Program-made: the position numbers and the translations under genes
Assembly (NCBI GenBank): GCA_965655095.1
Contig: OZ296656.1
Span: forward strand, 32,798,001-32,862,000
DNA: 64,000 nt
Source: Haplodiscus bocki
Taxonomy: Eukaryota
Direction: 5' to 3'
Notes under the pieces: model-generated
Database searches by the model: none
The model's input: only the letters and a program-made list of their open reading frames with translations
What the model was told of the DNA's origin: nothing
Part shown: positions 41,701 to 54,000 of the stretch, in pieces
How the letters are laid out: each line of letters opens with the position of its first letter
Position numbering within the stretch: the first letter of the stretch is position 1

Positions 41701-42957
41701 ATTGAGAACATCCAACGTCTATTTTGAATTCGGGTCGGTAGGGTTGTTTTTGAACAGCTGTTTTTGCCATTTCATTGGCAGTGCAACTTTTTCTAAATTC
41801 TACTGTTTTGAAAACGTCATGAGAATTAATTGAGCTGTTTTCGTCGGTGGGCAATTTGTCGATGCCCTTCCTGAACTCCGCCACAAGTGTATGCGATTTG
41901 CAGCTTCACTTTTTTTTATCAAATAGTGTATTTACCAGTTTGTAAACTGCAGAAGTTATGCCAGTTCGAATTTAAACAGTGATGTGCACTATGTTATATA
42001 TTGTATCAAAAGTACTCTTGTTGTCAAACTAAATATACAATTCTATAATCAAATAGTTGTTCGTCTTCCACTCTTTAGTACTTTGAGCTAACTCACTTGT
42101 TTTTCAGAGCATGGAAAGGCGTTTTTCAAGGCCACACGACATCCCCGGGCAGTGTAGCCTTGAATGAACAAAACCAACGATACATTCTGTATGCTTTCGC
42201 GTCACGATGCCACAACGACGGCTACGTTTAGTTGTTGGGATTTGATCCTTTGGTTCTTGGATACTTTATACCTTTTCAATCTTTTACGTCAATTTGCTCA
42301 CTTGTTCAGCGGCAGCATCTACGACACATATCAAAACCGAAGTTGTGCGTGACAAAACAGCTACGGTTACTAGCACTGTTCTCTCCACTGATATTTATTA
42401 TGCGTGGATTAATAATATTATAAATGGGTCAAACATCAGCACGGAACAGCAAGGGCGGCCAAACAACTCCTGTGTTTGAAACTTAAGTACATTTATGTTC
42501 CCCATGTTACTACGCTACTGACGAAGGAAATACCAAACAAATTCATGTAATCTTGGTCTTTTTACCTCGCGGCCTGGGGCTTGAAGATTGAAGCTTATTG
42601 TAACTCTTATTCATTATAAAAAAATATTACTGACTGATTTTCTGAAACAGAGTATTGTTTCAGTTCTCAACTCTATTTCATGCAATTCTGGTGAACAGTC
42701 TACATTTCGGTGACTACGATAACTTTATGGCAAGAATGATCGCAAATTCGCTAACTTACAAAAAATTCCCCTGTATTGAACGTGGAACAGATGTAACATA
42801 AATACAATAAGTTAATTTTGAATAGAGATTATTTATGAACCACAATTATTTTTGGCAACAAGCAGCAGGATCTGTTATAATTTTGTAATATAAAAGAAGT
42901 TTTGGATAAAATTGTTTAAGTCTGAAATACTTGGTTGATTAATTTTAACTTACCATT

Positions 42958-43470
42958 ATGACTAGTGGGCCCTTAATAGGCCACAGTGGCTACCCTGTTA
43001 CAAACCCTAATTCCATCGATTCCTGGGCATCCCCAAAGAACGCTGCAGCAGGTGCATTTTCGCTTGATGGGTCTGCATCTGTTGGTACCCCAAATATACC
43101 GTCGCCTCTCGCCCCAGATCAACAAAAACAGTTGTCAACACCCTCTTCTCACAAGAGTCCTAACCAACAACCAGGCTCAGGCTCAAATAATGGTGATTCT
43201 ATTACCATCAAATTGCAACTTTATGGCTTTCAGAACCCTGGATCGTTTACTTCTTCCAAATATAGTCCTGATTGTGTTTTGCGCAGTGAGATGTTAGAGC
43301 CTGCGAAGTACGCAACTATGCCGATAACGTTCAACAATGTGCCGTGTGATGCAGTCCAACAAAACGCAATTTTCTCCAAGTTTCTTACTTTGCCTGGACG
43401 CCAAGAGTTCTTACAGCTGCTGCAAAATAGTGAGCACTTTCTCATCTTCTCCCGTCCAGGCAAACCTTAA
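42958..43470 (+). CDS. Possible host coding exon, 170 aa, Ser/Pro/Gln/Asn-rich, product unknown
   Basis: Longest ORF in the host portion. It coincides with a GC-richer block, and all three minus frames contain stops. No recognisable domain. Confidence 0.3.
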   Translation: MTSGPLIGHSGYPVTNPNSIDSWASPKNAAAGAFSLDGSASVGTPNIPSPLAPDQQKQLSTPSSHKSPNQQPGSGSNNGDSITIKLQLYGFQNPGSFTSSKYSPDCVLRSEMLEPAKYATMPITFNNVPCDAVQQNAIFSKFLTLPGRQEFLQLLQNSEHFLIFSRPGKP

Positions 43471-44150
43471 AAAGAATCAATTAATTTTTTTGTCCACAGC
43501 AAAACAGAATGATACCGGAGATTGCATGTAATGCAATTTGCATACGTTTCAGGTATCTTGGAAACAAAACTAAAACACTTCCCACGAGAGCACTGAAATG
43601 AAAGACTTGCTTCGGTAATTGAAAGCATAGCCACGGAGTTTAGCTCTTGCCTCGCATCTGGGTCGTTTCAAAAAAAGGCTAACTTTTTTTGACATTCTTT
43701 TGTTACCGGAAACCTTCGTGCCTGGGGATTTGATATACAGCTACATGTGAAGAAAATAAGAATAGAAGTATTTCCTTACCGTTTCTGAACTTTCGTGCAG
43801 AAGGACCCGTGATTTGTTGTCACAAAAATTTTCGTTTAGATCTCGTTTTGTATTGATGACTCATGTTGCTTCAAAAACATTCAAGTATTCGGAAGGCTTT
43901 CTGATTTAGCGCATTTTTTCTTGGTTTTGCACTTTAAATATCAAGATCAAATAGTTGAGACTTGACAATTTATTAGCTGAATTTCAAAAGGTCTTTAATT
44001 TTAGAGAAATCCAAATCTCGAGACAACGCCTTAGAGGACTAATCGCTGCCTTCTTATTCAAAACCGGATCCCTCTAGATGATCGCAAAGTAATTTTTTTC
44101 CATCAGGACTTCGAATGAGATGGTTTGACAATATTGAAGGCAAAATCCTA

Positions 44151-44430
44151 CAAGACGACCGGATACCACCGGGATTTTGTCCGCCCTCTAACTTTGTTTA
44201 AGATTATAAAAAGCATTCTACATCAAAATTTCGGTTTTTTTAAACGAACCTTAACTTCCGTCGGCAAAGGCATTTTTGAAAATATTACCTTGTTTATATG
44301 CATTCTACAACCATTTTCCTATTTTTTGCTGATTTGATAATTCAGATTTTTTCCTTGAAACTTTGTTTCGGTCAAAAAAAGGCGTTTTGAAGATATATAC
44401 AATTTGACACGTACGCCAGAGCACCTCCGC
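44151..44430 (-). mobile_element. Truncated hairpin-CTTG family element
   Basis: CAAGACGA-CCGG-ATACCA-CCGG start, then ccgccctcta.ctttg (as in the 24545 copy) and ggtcaaaaaa..ttttgaa (as in the 19079 copy). Confidence 0.55.
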
Positions 44431-46124
44431 TGTAATTTGGTGCTAAAATTTTGCAAAACTGGAAATCATGCAAATTTGCCAGATGTAAAAAATACTTAGC
44501 TGCCCAAGGCGGATAGGCTTCAGCAAATTTTTGGGATAACATCAGGGTCCCCCTTAACCCTCATTCCGTTTTCTCGCGAGTTGGGATAAATGACATCAAA
44601 ATGTCGCCCCGTTTACAATCCTATGAGCATATTGGCTGGAGAACGAGATCAATGTTCAGTTCTTTTTATTTGCGCGCTATCAGCTACAATGATGGTTCCT
44701 GTGCTCCCTCCTGTCGTCCCGGAGTTTTGCTCCGTTTTTTAAAGAAAATTTCTAGTGCCATAGCAAAGATCAAAGACAGAGTAACACTATAAATACTCCG
44801 TAAAATAAAAAATTTCCGAAGTCCTGAAAAGATTTTCTGGCGGGAGAAAGGTTTTCCTTCCATGAAATAAATATCGGCGGAAGATAAAAATACTGGCTCA
44901 GAGCTTTTGAGGTGATAAACTACACCGTTTTTAGTAAAATATCGAGAACATCCCGTTTGTTAGGCTCCAGAAATTCTTTCTTCGTTTTCTGAAAAAAATT
45001 CCAAAACCGATGAGAAATTGAGGACGGGATGACTTTTTATCATAGAAGACAAATCCGCGAGAATCTGACGTGCTGACAATAAAACTTGATCTCGCAGCAA
45101 ATGAACGAAAAACAACTTTGCACAGTTTTTCCTAATTTTCATAAGTGTCTTCAATTCGAAACTTCCTTGTTTTTCTGTCTGTGGTGATGAGTTGTAATGA
45201 TGATTTCAAAAAGGTCTCGGCATCGGTTTTGAGGTGAGTATTTAGTCAGAGTCACGCTCTTTACAGCAGTCATTTCTCACAAGCTAGTACTAATGAATAG
45301 CAACCAATTGATCAGTGGTTTCCTAAGGTCTTGTTGCGAACAACTTATTTAACGCGTTCTACTGTGTAATGTATTTAGATTGCGAATTTCTTTCACTTGA
45401 AAATTAGAGCAATTTCTGAAGTCGAATTAGTAAGAAACTTCGAGAACAGTCAACTTTAAGTTTCAGGAAAACTCAATACCAATCTCAATCGAAAAATCAT
45501 ATAAAGAGTCGTTACGTCCACGCACCAATCAGGAAGTCTAGATTTCAAAACGGAGGACTTCGAACTTGCTAATATAGCAGAAAATCTTCAGAAAAGCAAC
45601 ACAAAAACTCTCGGGTCGAAGTAAGATTCATGTTTTCTTGGTCTCTTCGTTATGTTTCTGCAAAAATCAGGACACTCTGATAAACAGCTGTAGCACTATA
45701 CAGCTCTAGACAACTTTCCCTCATCTGAAGATTCAATTGCATCAAAATTAATCTTCCAGATTTTTGTGAGACGGGTATGAAGTGGTATCGCTCTGTTATT
45801 GCTTCGGCCACCCAAAAAGTTCAACAGAGGCTCTTTCTGTACGAATCAATGGCAAATATCAACTTATACCGAAATGATGACCTCAACTAAATAGGCAGAT
45901 AATTTTGATAGTTTTTATACCAGTTTTTTTCCAAAACCCGTCAAAGGCCACTCATGAAAATAATTCATATAGAGCTTCGCTATCAACTATCGCACAGGAT
46001 ATTTTTTTCTTTTTTCTTTGAACTCATCTTTCAAAAATAAACGTGACATTTTTTCGAATGAACGTGGTGTGCCAAAAATTTCAATTTTTGGAGTACTTCA
46101 GCCTCCCATGCTTGCTCGGTATGT

Positions 46125-47110
46125 TACCATGTGCAGAGAAGCTTGATCAGTTTTATGTGACGTTTTAAATGGGGTCCAAAACTTTAGGATTGATTCTACC
46201 GGAGAAGTATTTGAAATGGGTTAGTTTTGACGATTTTCGTTTTATAAATCTTCTATATAAAATAACAATATGGATTTGCTACCATTTTCCTAAGAGTACG
46301 CAAAAACGACAAACTTTAAACTTTGATGATGGGATATTTGGACGTTCATAATTTTTTTGCGTAATTTTAGTGTATTTTTCATTTAAGATTTCAAACCAAA
46401 GGAAAATTCAGATGTTCTACACTTGTATATAAATTTACAAAAATTATCCAAGTTTCTCTGCATTTGTTGCCAATGGTATTCGTAGTATTGTCGTCTGAAT
46501 AAATCAGTCATCTTTGGTAATTTTGGTCGCTGGTATTCTTTTGGTGGAAGTATTGTGAAGCACAGCTGCGCGTCTGTGTAGTAATTGAAGTTTTCAAAGT
46601 TGGATTTTTCAATCTTTTGGGTGAAAGTTTTTGGAAAAAGCTGAAAACTTTTGTGTTATTTCCGCTTTGACAATTTTAAACTAAGTTTCAGTCTTTTTAG
46701 GTTTTCTTGAGAAGTTTTGCTCCAAAAGGTCAAAGTTAATAATTCAATTCATTAAAAATACGCCTTTAGCATGGCTCGAACATCGGAGCAAAAGCCATCA
46801 GCTTTTGTTCATGTTAGGATTTTTGAAATCAATGTTTTGATGGAATAGGAGTAACGTTGGAAAAAAGGCTGTTTGCGACTGGCATTTATCTGAATTCTTT
46901 CCCAACAGTCAAAGCTCCAGCCGCCGATTTCAGCTTTCCAGGTTCGTTCTGTAGTTACCATGTGAAAACGAGCCTGATCAGTTTCATGTTACGCTATAAA
47001 TCGGGTCCAAATTTTTGGGGTTGCTTTAAAGGGATAAGTATTGAAATGGGTTAGTTTCGACGAATTTCTATTATATTATCTAATATATAAAACGACACCA
47101 TGGAGTTGTT
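46125..47110 (+). repeat. Two diverged ~155-bp direct repeats (46125-46280 and 46955-47110)
   Basis: Both read ttaccatgtg...tgatcagttt.atg..acg...taaat.gggtccaaa...aagtat(t)tgaaatgggttagttt.gacga.tttc. Confidence 0.7.
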
Positions 47111-48672
47111 GCGAGTTCCTGGGACCAAGTGAGTCTGACATGTTTTGAGCATGAAAGATAGGACTTTGAACGTTGGTAAAACGTTTTTAACGCCAGCTAT
47201 CTTAAAAAAGTCAATTGAACGTTAAACTGTCAGGCGAGATACTTTGAATTTTCACCGATCTCTTGTTGTGGAATATTCAATATGTGGAATATTCAATAAT
47301 TTTTCAGCCGTCTCTGCGAGTATATCCAAAGCTCAGCCTCGCCTGTGTTAATATATATGCGTTTCGGTAAATTTGAGGAAAGCCGAAGGCTCTGAAGAAC
47401 TTTGAATTGCGTCGACCTAATGCAATTTTTTTCCAAAAGTAGCAAAGCTGTTGAGAAGCTGAGTGGAGACATATAGATCATCACAGAAGCAGTGAGTTTG
47501 TGCAAATTATTATGTTTCCGATTTTCTAACATTGCAGGACGCACAGATGAGGATTACATTTCGACATTTTCTTTTCCTTTCAAAATTTGTCGAAACTGGT
47601 AAACTTTGAAACCTTTCGCGATAACTACTTTTTACATTTGCCGAGTTTTACATTATCCCCAACTACTTCTCTGAACATATTGCAGCTATACCAAACAAAA
47701 CCTTTATACGGCTAGTTCCCGCAAGGTTGAAAAGCTTCGGGAGCGGCGCTACTTGGAGCAATCCCAGCTTGTTCAAAAAGAAACTCTACTGGGTTCCAAT
47801 TGTTCCAATATAAATGTTTTCAACGCGATACCAATTCAATCTTTCCTCACGCTGCAAACCAGGTGTGTGAGAGCTATTTTTTAGATCACTGAATTCGTTG
47901 TCGAAATCACGAGTTTTTTTCATTACCTTGAAAAGTTTTTTGATTTTCGTGATTAAAAGAATTAAATAGATTAGTGGGTTTTTTTGTCCAGTTCTGTCAG
48001 TGGCAATTATTTATGCAGAGGGAATTTCAGGAACTCTATAGACTATGTGGGAAACCTGGCAGTCCAATAAATTGTTATGTGTCTTTCGGAGTTTTTGGGA
48101 ATTTGTTACGTGATTCCGAAAAAGGGTAACATCCCCGATAGTACTTGATGCTCGCGCTTTCTTGGATATTGGCAAAGGGTCGGGTTATCTCGAAAAGTTT
48201 TAATCAGAAAAAAATGTACTTCATTATTATTAGTGGGAAAATTTGTTTGACAGTGTCGAATTACGTCGGTGGGAGGAGCCTTTTCGTGTTTTGCAAATTT
48301 TGGGCTCTTCAGTTAAGATGAGACGCTTTTCGATGAATTTTTGCAAGTTGCTGTGAAAATTAGAACTAATCAAAAGCATGAAAGCGTCTTGAGAGAAAAA
48401 TAGTCACCTTAATAGACGGTCATCAATTAAAAGTAGATATAAATCACTAAAAATTATGCCGCCGACCGCTAGTTCACTGCATCGCCTAAAAGCGGAATCG
48501 AAGCTCATTTCCAAACCGAGCTTTTCCAAAAAAAAGGGGGTAGGGGGAGAGGTAGAGGGAGGGAGGGAAGTTAACAGAAAAGATGCAAAATTGGTTCAAA
48601 GAAACCCTAATATGACGGGCCCTCTAACGTTATGGAATGGAGTTAAACGTTATTCGTTGTCGCCGCGATATA

Positions 48673-49446
48673 CAGTAGTGATTTTAATTAATGCGACTCA
48701 GCAATTTTGATAAGCTTTACAAAATCCCAAGTGGTGAAGTAAATATTTGGAGATCAGAGTAAACAACGGTACTCTGAGAAAGCTCATCAAAAGGGCTACG
48801 ACATGGTTGTTTTATTTGCGAAAACAAGTACTTCAAAAGGGTAGAAAATTGCGTCCCAAAGTTGAGCAAATAAACTATGCAAGCATTGCGAATAACGACT
48901 AATTTTGGCAGTTTTTGTAAGAAATCTTGACAATGACACAAGATAGCAAGAAACAAATTACATAAATTGTTAGTTTTGGTTATTCCTCCGAGCGTTTATA
49001 TTTAACACTTTTTTCACAACTTCGAATTTTCAGAAGAAATTGCAAAAAGTAAAAGTATAATTTTAACATCCTATTTTAATACATTGATTTTCAAATTTAA
49101 TAGATTCAAGATAAGTTTTCAAGTAGTTTTTGAAAACTTTTCCGCCGACAGATGATATCAGCCGTTGGAGAAACATCAGAGGCATCTATTGAAGAAATCA
49201 AATTCCATTATCAATTTTTTAAAGTTACGAAATTCTCAAAAGAATGGAAAATTTGGCCAAAAACGCATTCTCTAATTTTTGCTCTATTATTTGGAAATTT
49301 TTCAAACAAACACCATTATAATTTCCTGAAAATTCTAAGAATATTTTGTTTCTGGTATTTTTGTCCAAAATGATTATTCCCGAAGTTATTCGTGTTTAAA
49401 GTTGACTTATGCATTAAAGTTGTCGCATTAATTAAAATCACTACTG
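48673..49446 (+). mobile_element. Tc1/mariner-type MITE, copy 3 (~774 bp)
   Basis: TA|CAGTAGTGATTTTAATTAATGCGAC ... GTCGCATTAATTAAAATCACTACTG|GA. Colinear with 4841-5605. Confidence 0.9.
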
Positions 49447-49625
49447 GAACTCAAATTCACTTCCAATGTTTCAAGAGTAAAACAGATTGCAGCAGCAGTC
49501 TATAGCTTTCAGCGGTGTTAGTTGCAGTTGCTTAAACATGATGCTTTTTAAGTTTTAGAAGCGAAGGTCATTTTTGCACTGAAGTCTTCTTATGGTTGAA
49601 CAAATTGTTGAAAGTTGTGTTATTT

Positions 49626-49945
49626 CGGGTCTTTTCCGTTTCTCCCCCCCCCCCAGCCCTACTGACAAAATTATTATTTCCCCCCCTAGCTGATATGCTC
49701 AGCTGAGCAGTATGGTTCAAGTTTCTGCTTAATAAAGTTATTGCAAATACCTGTTTGTTTATTTTAACTAGCTTTAGCGAGCAGTCAGCTTCTTGGAAGG
49801 TACTTGAGATTTGTGAATTGTGTGCACTGTCTACTGACTCGCGAAAGATGTATTTAGTGAATAAAATACATGTACACTGGTAGCAGCAGCCACAGCTTCG
49901 ACTGGGGGGAAATAATCCGCCTGGGGAAGAAACGGAAAAGACCCG
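49626..49945. mobile_element. 320-bp MITE with 18-bp perfect TIRs and a 6-bp TSD
   Basis: TTATTT|CGGGTCTTTTCCGTTTCT ... AGAAACGGAAAAGACCCG|TTATTT, with additional subterminal inverted attatttccccc/gggggaaataat. Confidence 0.8.
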
Positions 49946-50262
49946 TTATTTCTATCGACATTTGCAAACATTAAAAAGTAAAATCTTGCCGGAAAAAATT
50001 AAATTTTGCGGCACATGTAAAACAAAAGAAAAACAAGTCTTAAGCCATGGAGGTGCTCCCCGAATTTATTTAATTCACAGAAGCACAAGTGAAAAACAGA
50101 TCTGCTTCTTCAGTTTTGAGGTTCATTCTGTGTTTCCTTTAGAAAAATCACCGAGGAGAGTAGTGTATAAACTAGAATTTGACGCCAAAAGCCGTGGACG
50201 CAACGGAGGGGGAGTGTAAATTAGGTACCCCCTTCATCAATAAAATTTATTAAAAAGTATAC

Positions 50263-50475
50263 TATGTCAATGGGGGTACACAGGAATGAAAATTTAATTT
50301 TATAAAAACATTTTTTCATTTATATGTCAATGGGGGTACACAGGAAATGAAAATTTAATTGTTTAAAAATTTTTTTGAGTAGTCTTATCAAGGGGGGTAC
50401 ACAGGTGTGAAAATTCAATTTTGTAAAAAATATTTTGCGTGGTATTATCAGTGGTAGTACACAGGAAGAAATTCA
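50263..50475 (+). repeat. Subterminal 60-61-bp tandem repeats (4 copies), probably within the Polinton TIR
   Basis: tcaatgggggtacacagg at 50267 and 50327, tcaaggggggtacacagg at ~50388, tcagtggtagtacacagg at ~50448. Inverted core gtaccccc at 50225. Confidence 0.85.
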
Positions 50476-50513
50476 TCCATATAAAAAGAGCAGGTGGTTA
50501 TTAAATTATATAA

Positions 50514-50984
50514 TTACATACAATTTTTGATCCATGTCTAACATGCAAAGTGAAAAGGATTATTTCTATCATTACAATGTGTTTGTACATAATCACGATT
50601 TTGAGAAAGTTTTTTAAAAAATTGTCGATGCATTATTGGAATTCGATGTTTTAGATAATAACTTATGTTTATATATCGTTGATGTGATAATATTTTTATT
50701 GTTAGTTTGTTTATTTGATTCAATATAAAACCTCTTTGTCGAGCAATAGTTAATTTTTTGTTTAATTCATACAAACCCAAGCTTTCATCAGAAATTGTCA
50801 TATTAATTATTTCATTATTTGTGATTTTTGTAAGTTTAATATCATATATACAAACATATTAAAATGTATGAAAAAATTTTTTGTGACAATCTCTATAACA
50901 ACCATCTATTTTAGAATCTATTTTAGTAATGAGTGGGTTATCAAATTTATATTCTTTTACAACATATAATTCGTTTTCATTCAT
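50514..50984 (-). pseudogene. Disrupted Polinton accessory ORF (~150 aa), function unknown
   Basis: TAAATG start at 50984 (MNENELYVVKEYKFDNP...) is in frame with the listed 50538-50801 ORF. In-frame TAA at 50859-50861. TAG at 50538-50540 may also be premature (frame continues TWIKNCM to TAA at 50514). Confidence 0.65.
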
Positions 50985-51039
50985 TTATTGGTAGCAAATT
51001 TATTGAAATAAAAAATGTTTTTCAATAAAATTATGATTT

Positions 51040-54000
51040 TCAATTCCATGGTATACTTTCAGTTTCATTTATATAACATCGTTTATCATCGAATATAGAT
51101 AATGTTGATTTTTTTACTTCTTGAAGAACCATTTCATGATTAATTGATCTTATAATATAATTATTACATTCTTTTTGATATTCTTTACCAAATAAACAAT
51201 TGTAATATTCTTCAAATTTAATATGTTTTGATTGAGATTTCGAATTACCTTTTATTTTATTTTTATTTTCATTATTAGTTTTACATTTAAACGAATAAGC
51301 TTTTGATCTCAAACAAACAAATTCATCTATAATAACATTTTTAGGAGTCTCTATTTTGAATTTACCAACAACTTTCTTGTTTTTCTCACTAAATAGTTCA
51401 TGGTTTTGATCTAGATTACTAAAATCGAATATATCTTCTAAATTTTTTAAGTCTTTGATAATGTCTTTTGTTTTCATACTCAAAAACATGCCATCGGTAT
51501 CAATATAATGTAATTGTAATTTTTCTTGTCCAAAATATGGTTGTAATGTATCATAATATGTTTCATACATATGTAATTTACTTAATTCCAAAATACTAAA
51601 ACCAACATATATAGCTTTATCCATAACGATTTCATTTTTTTAATATGTGAAGCTATAATAGTTTTCATATGTTTTTTGTATACCATTAAATGTTAACTTT
51701 GATTGTTGATTAACAATTTTTTTAATATTATCTTTTTTAATTAATTCTAGGTTCAATCGATTCCTAATGTTTTCTAAAAATTTACCAAAAGCAGCATTAA
51801 CAAGCAATTTAAAGAAGTCTTTTTCGAAGTCATTTTTAGCTTTGTTTCGTTTTTGTGTATTAAAACTAATATAACCTTCCAACCATCTGCTTTGTTTAAA
51901 TGATATTATTTCATGAATTTTTTCGACTACCATACCATGTCTTACATAAAATTTTAACATCCTATAATGAATCAGATACTTCTTTTTATCAGTCGAATCA
52001 CATATTAACTTTTTAGATTTTGTATAATTTTCCGGTTTTATAGTATTCATATATTCATTATATTTATTTGGATCTATTTTTTTTTCTGGACAAAACGGAA
52101 AATACTTGGTTTTTTGTTTTATATCATCAGGATATTTTAGATCGACTTCAACAAAATAACCAATGTCTGAATCATCTGGTGTATTTAAAATTTCATCTAA
52201 CCAATTCCAATACTTATCAGGACTACCATGCCACATTTCAATTTCATCATAAGGTAAAACTTGACTCATTGAAAAACCATATAAATTAGTAGCATCTATA
52301 TATGTTATCTTATTATTTTCATCTGATTTAACATATCTATCACCCATAACTGAGCTTATGCCGCCACGTATATTATTCTCTATTAACAAAATCAGATCTT
52401 TATCTTGTAGTGCTTGTAATTTAATATTAGTATATTTCAAAGCACATTGATAAGTATAACCTGGTAAACTCAAACAATATAAAGGATTAATTTTATATTC
52501 TTTGGTAGATACTTTTACAAATTTTTCAAAAACATCAGCTAATAAAATAACATCACTTTTACATTATAATTCAGTTAGTTCTCTTCCATCTTTGATATTA
52601 AATAGTTTAATAATTTCTTTAGTTCTTTCTATTTCTTCATCATCAGGATAATCATTTTTTATTTTACTGAAGAAGTCCTCTTTTTTTAAATCATTAACAG
52701 AATTTTTATCATCATTGATACTATTGAAATATTGATATGGATATGCTAGTTTTTTATTTAAATATTGCCATTTGTCAGGAAATTCTTTTTTCAAAATTTT
52801 AAAATCATCCTCATCCAAATTTTTAACTAATTTATCCAAACTCTCTGATAAGAAGCGATAACTATCAATAAATCTAATACAACCATATTTAACTGTAATA
52901 TATTCTTCGTTGGTTTTAGGAATAATTTTAAATTTTACTTTATCTTTTTTTAAATCAACCAACTTTTTAAAAAACATATGACAATCGTAATTACTAAAAT
53001 TATGGAATGCAAATGGTATAAAATTACTATCTTTTTGGTTTACGTTTATATTACAAATATTATGAGCTGGACCTCTGTATTTTCCTGTTAAATGACAGTG
53101 ATCACGAACTTTATCTGATAATATTTCTTTTTCACAAAATCGACAGATGTTATTATTTTTAAAATCTTCATCTTCTTTTGTCATAATGATATCTTTTTTA
53201 GTGTTTTTAAAATAGAAAGCCATTTTATTTTCTAATTTTATAACTTCTTTAACAAACCAATCAACATTATCATAACCTAACGGAGATTCGTATTAATCAC
53301 TCTTTAAAACGTCTTCCAATTCAGATATTATATAATAACCTTTAAGTACAGGATTTTGTTTGTATATGTTGGTTGTTTTGTTTCCTATCTTAGTATTATC
53401 TTTTTCATTATCAGCTTCGAAATCGGCAATAATCCTAAAATATAATGGATTTTTATGAAAGTGTTTTTTCCAATAAAGATGAGATTCATTTGATGTTCTA
53501 ATAGTACATATATTATCATCTCCACATTTTTCTTTATGATTTATTAAAGCATTTTCACACGTATAAGAATTCAAACAACGTCTACATACAAAACTTTTGT
53601 GATGATCTCCTAAAAATACATGTAATTTTTTAATGAGAGCATAATGATTTTTTTTAGATTAATAAGTCAATAACATTATCTGATTCGTTTTTACTGATTT
53701 CGATGGGTATCAAATTATGTTTCCATTTATCTCCATCTTGATAGAAATTTAATTCGTATATATTTACAGATAAATTGTTTAATTCATTAAATTTGTGAAC
53801 ATCACCACATTTAAAACCGTTTGTAAAATCGAAATTTTGAAAGTTTAATTCATTAAAATATTGTATATAATTGTTTACTCTTGATGGATGAGTATTTTCA
53901 CAAGGATGAAGACTAGCTAAAATTGACCAAATAAAACAATATTTATCATTATTTTGAACATTTAAGATAGCAGATGTTCTCAATGGAATTTTAACATAAG

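Noticed and set aside
1-42900. The many 60-136 aa ORFs in the host region as genes
   Set aside because: Lengths are expected by chance, they are Phe/Leu/Lys-biased from homopolymer runs, many use non-ATG starts or overlap repeats, and no domain was recognised.
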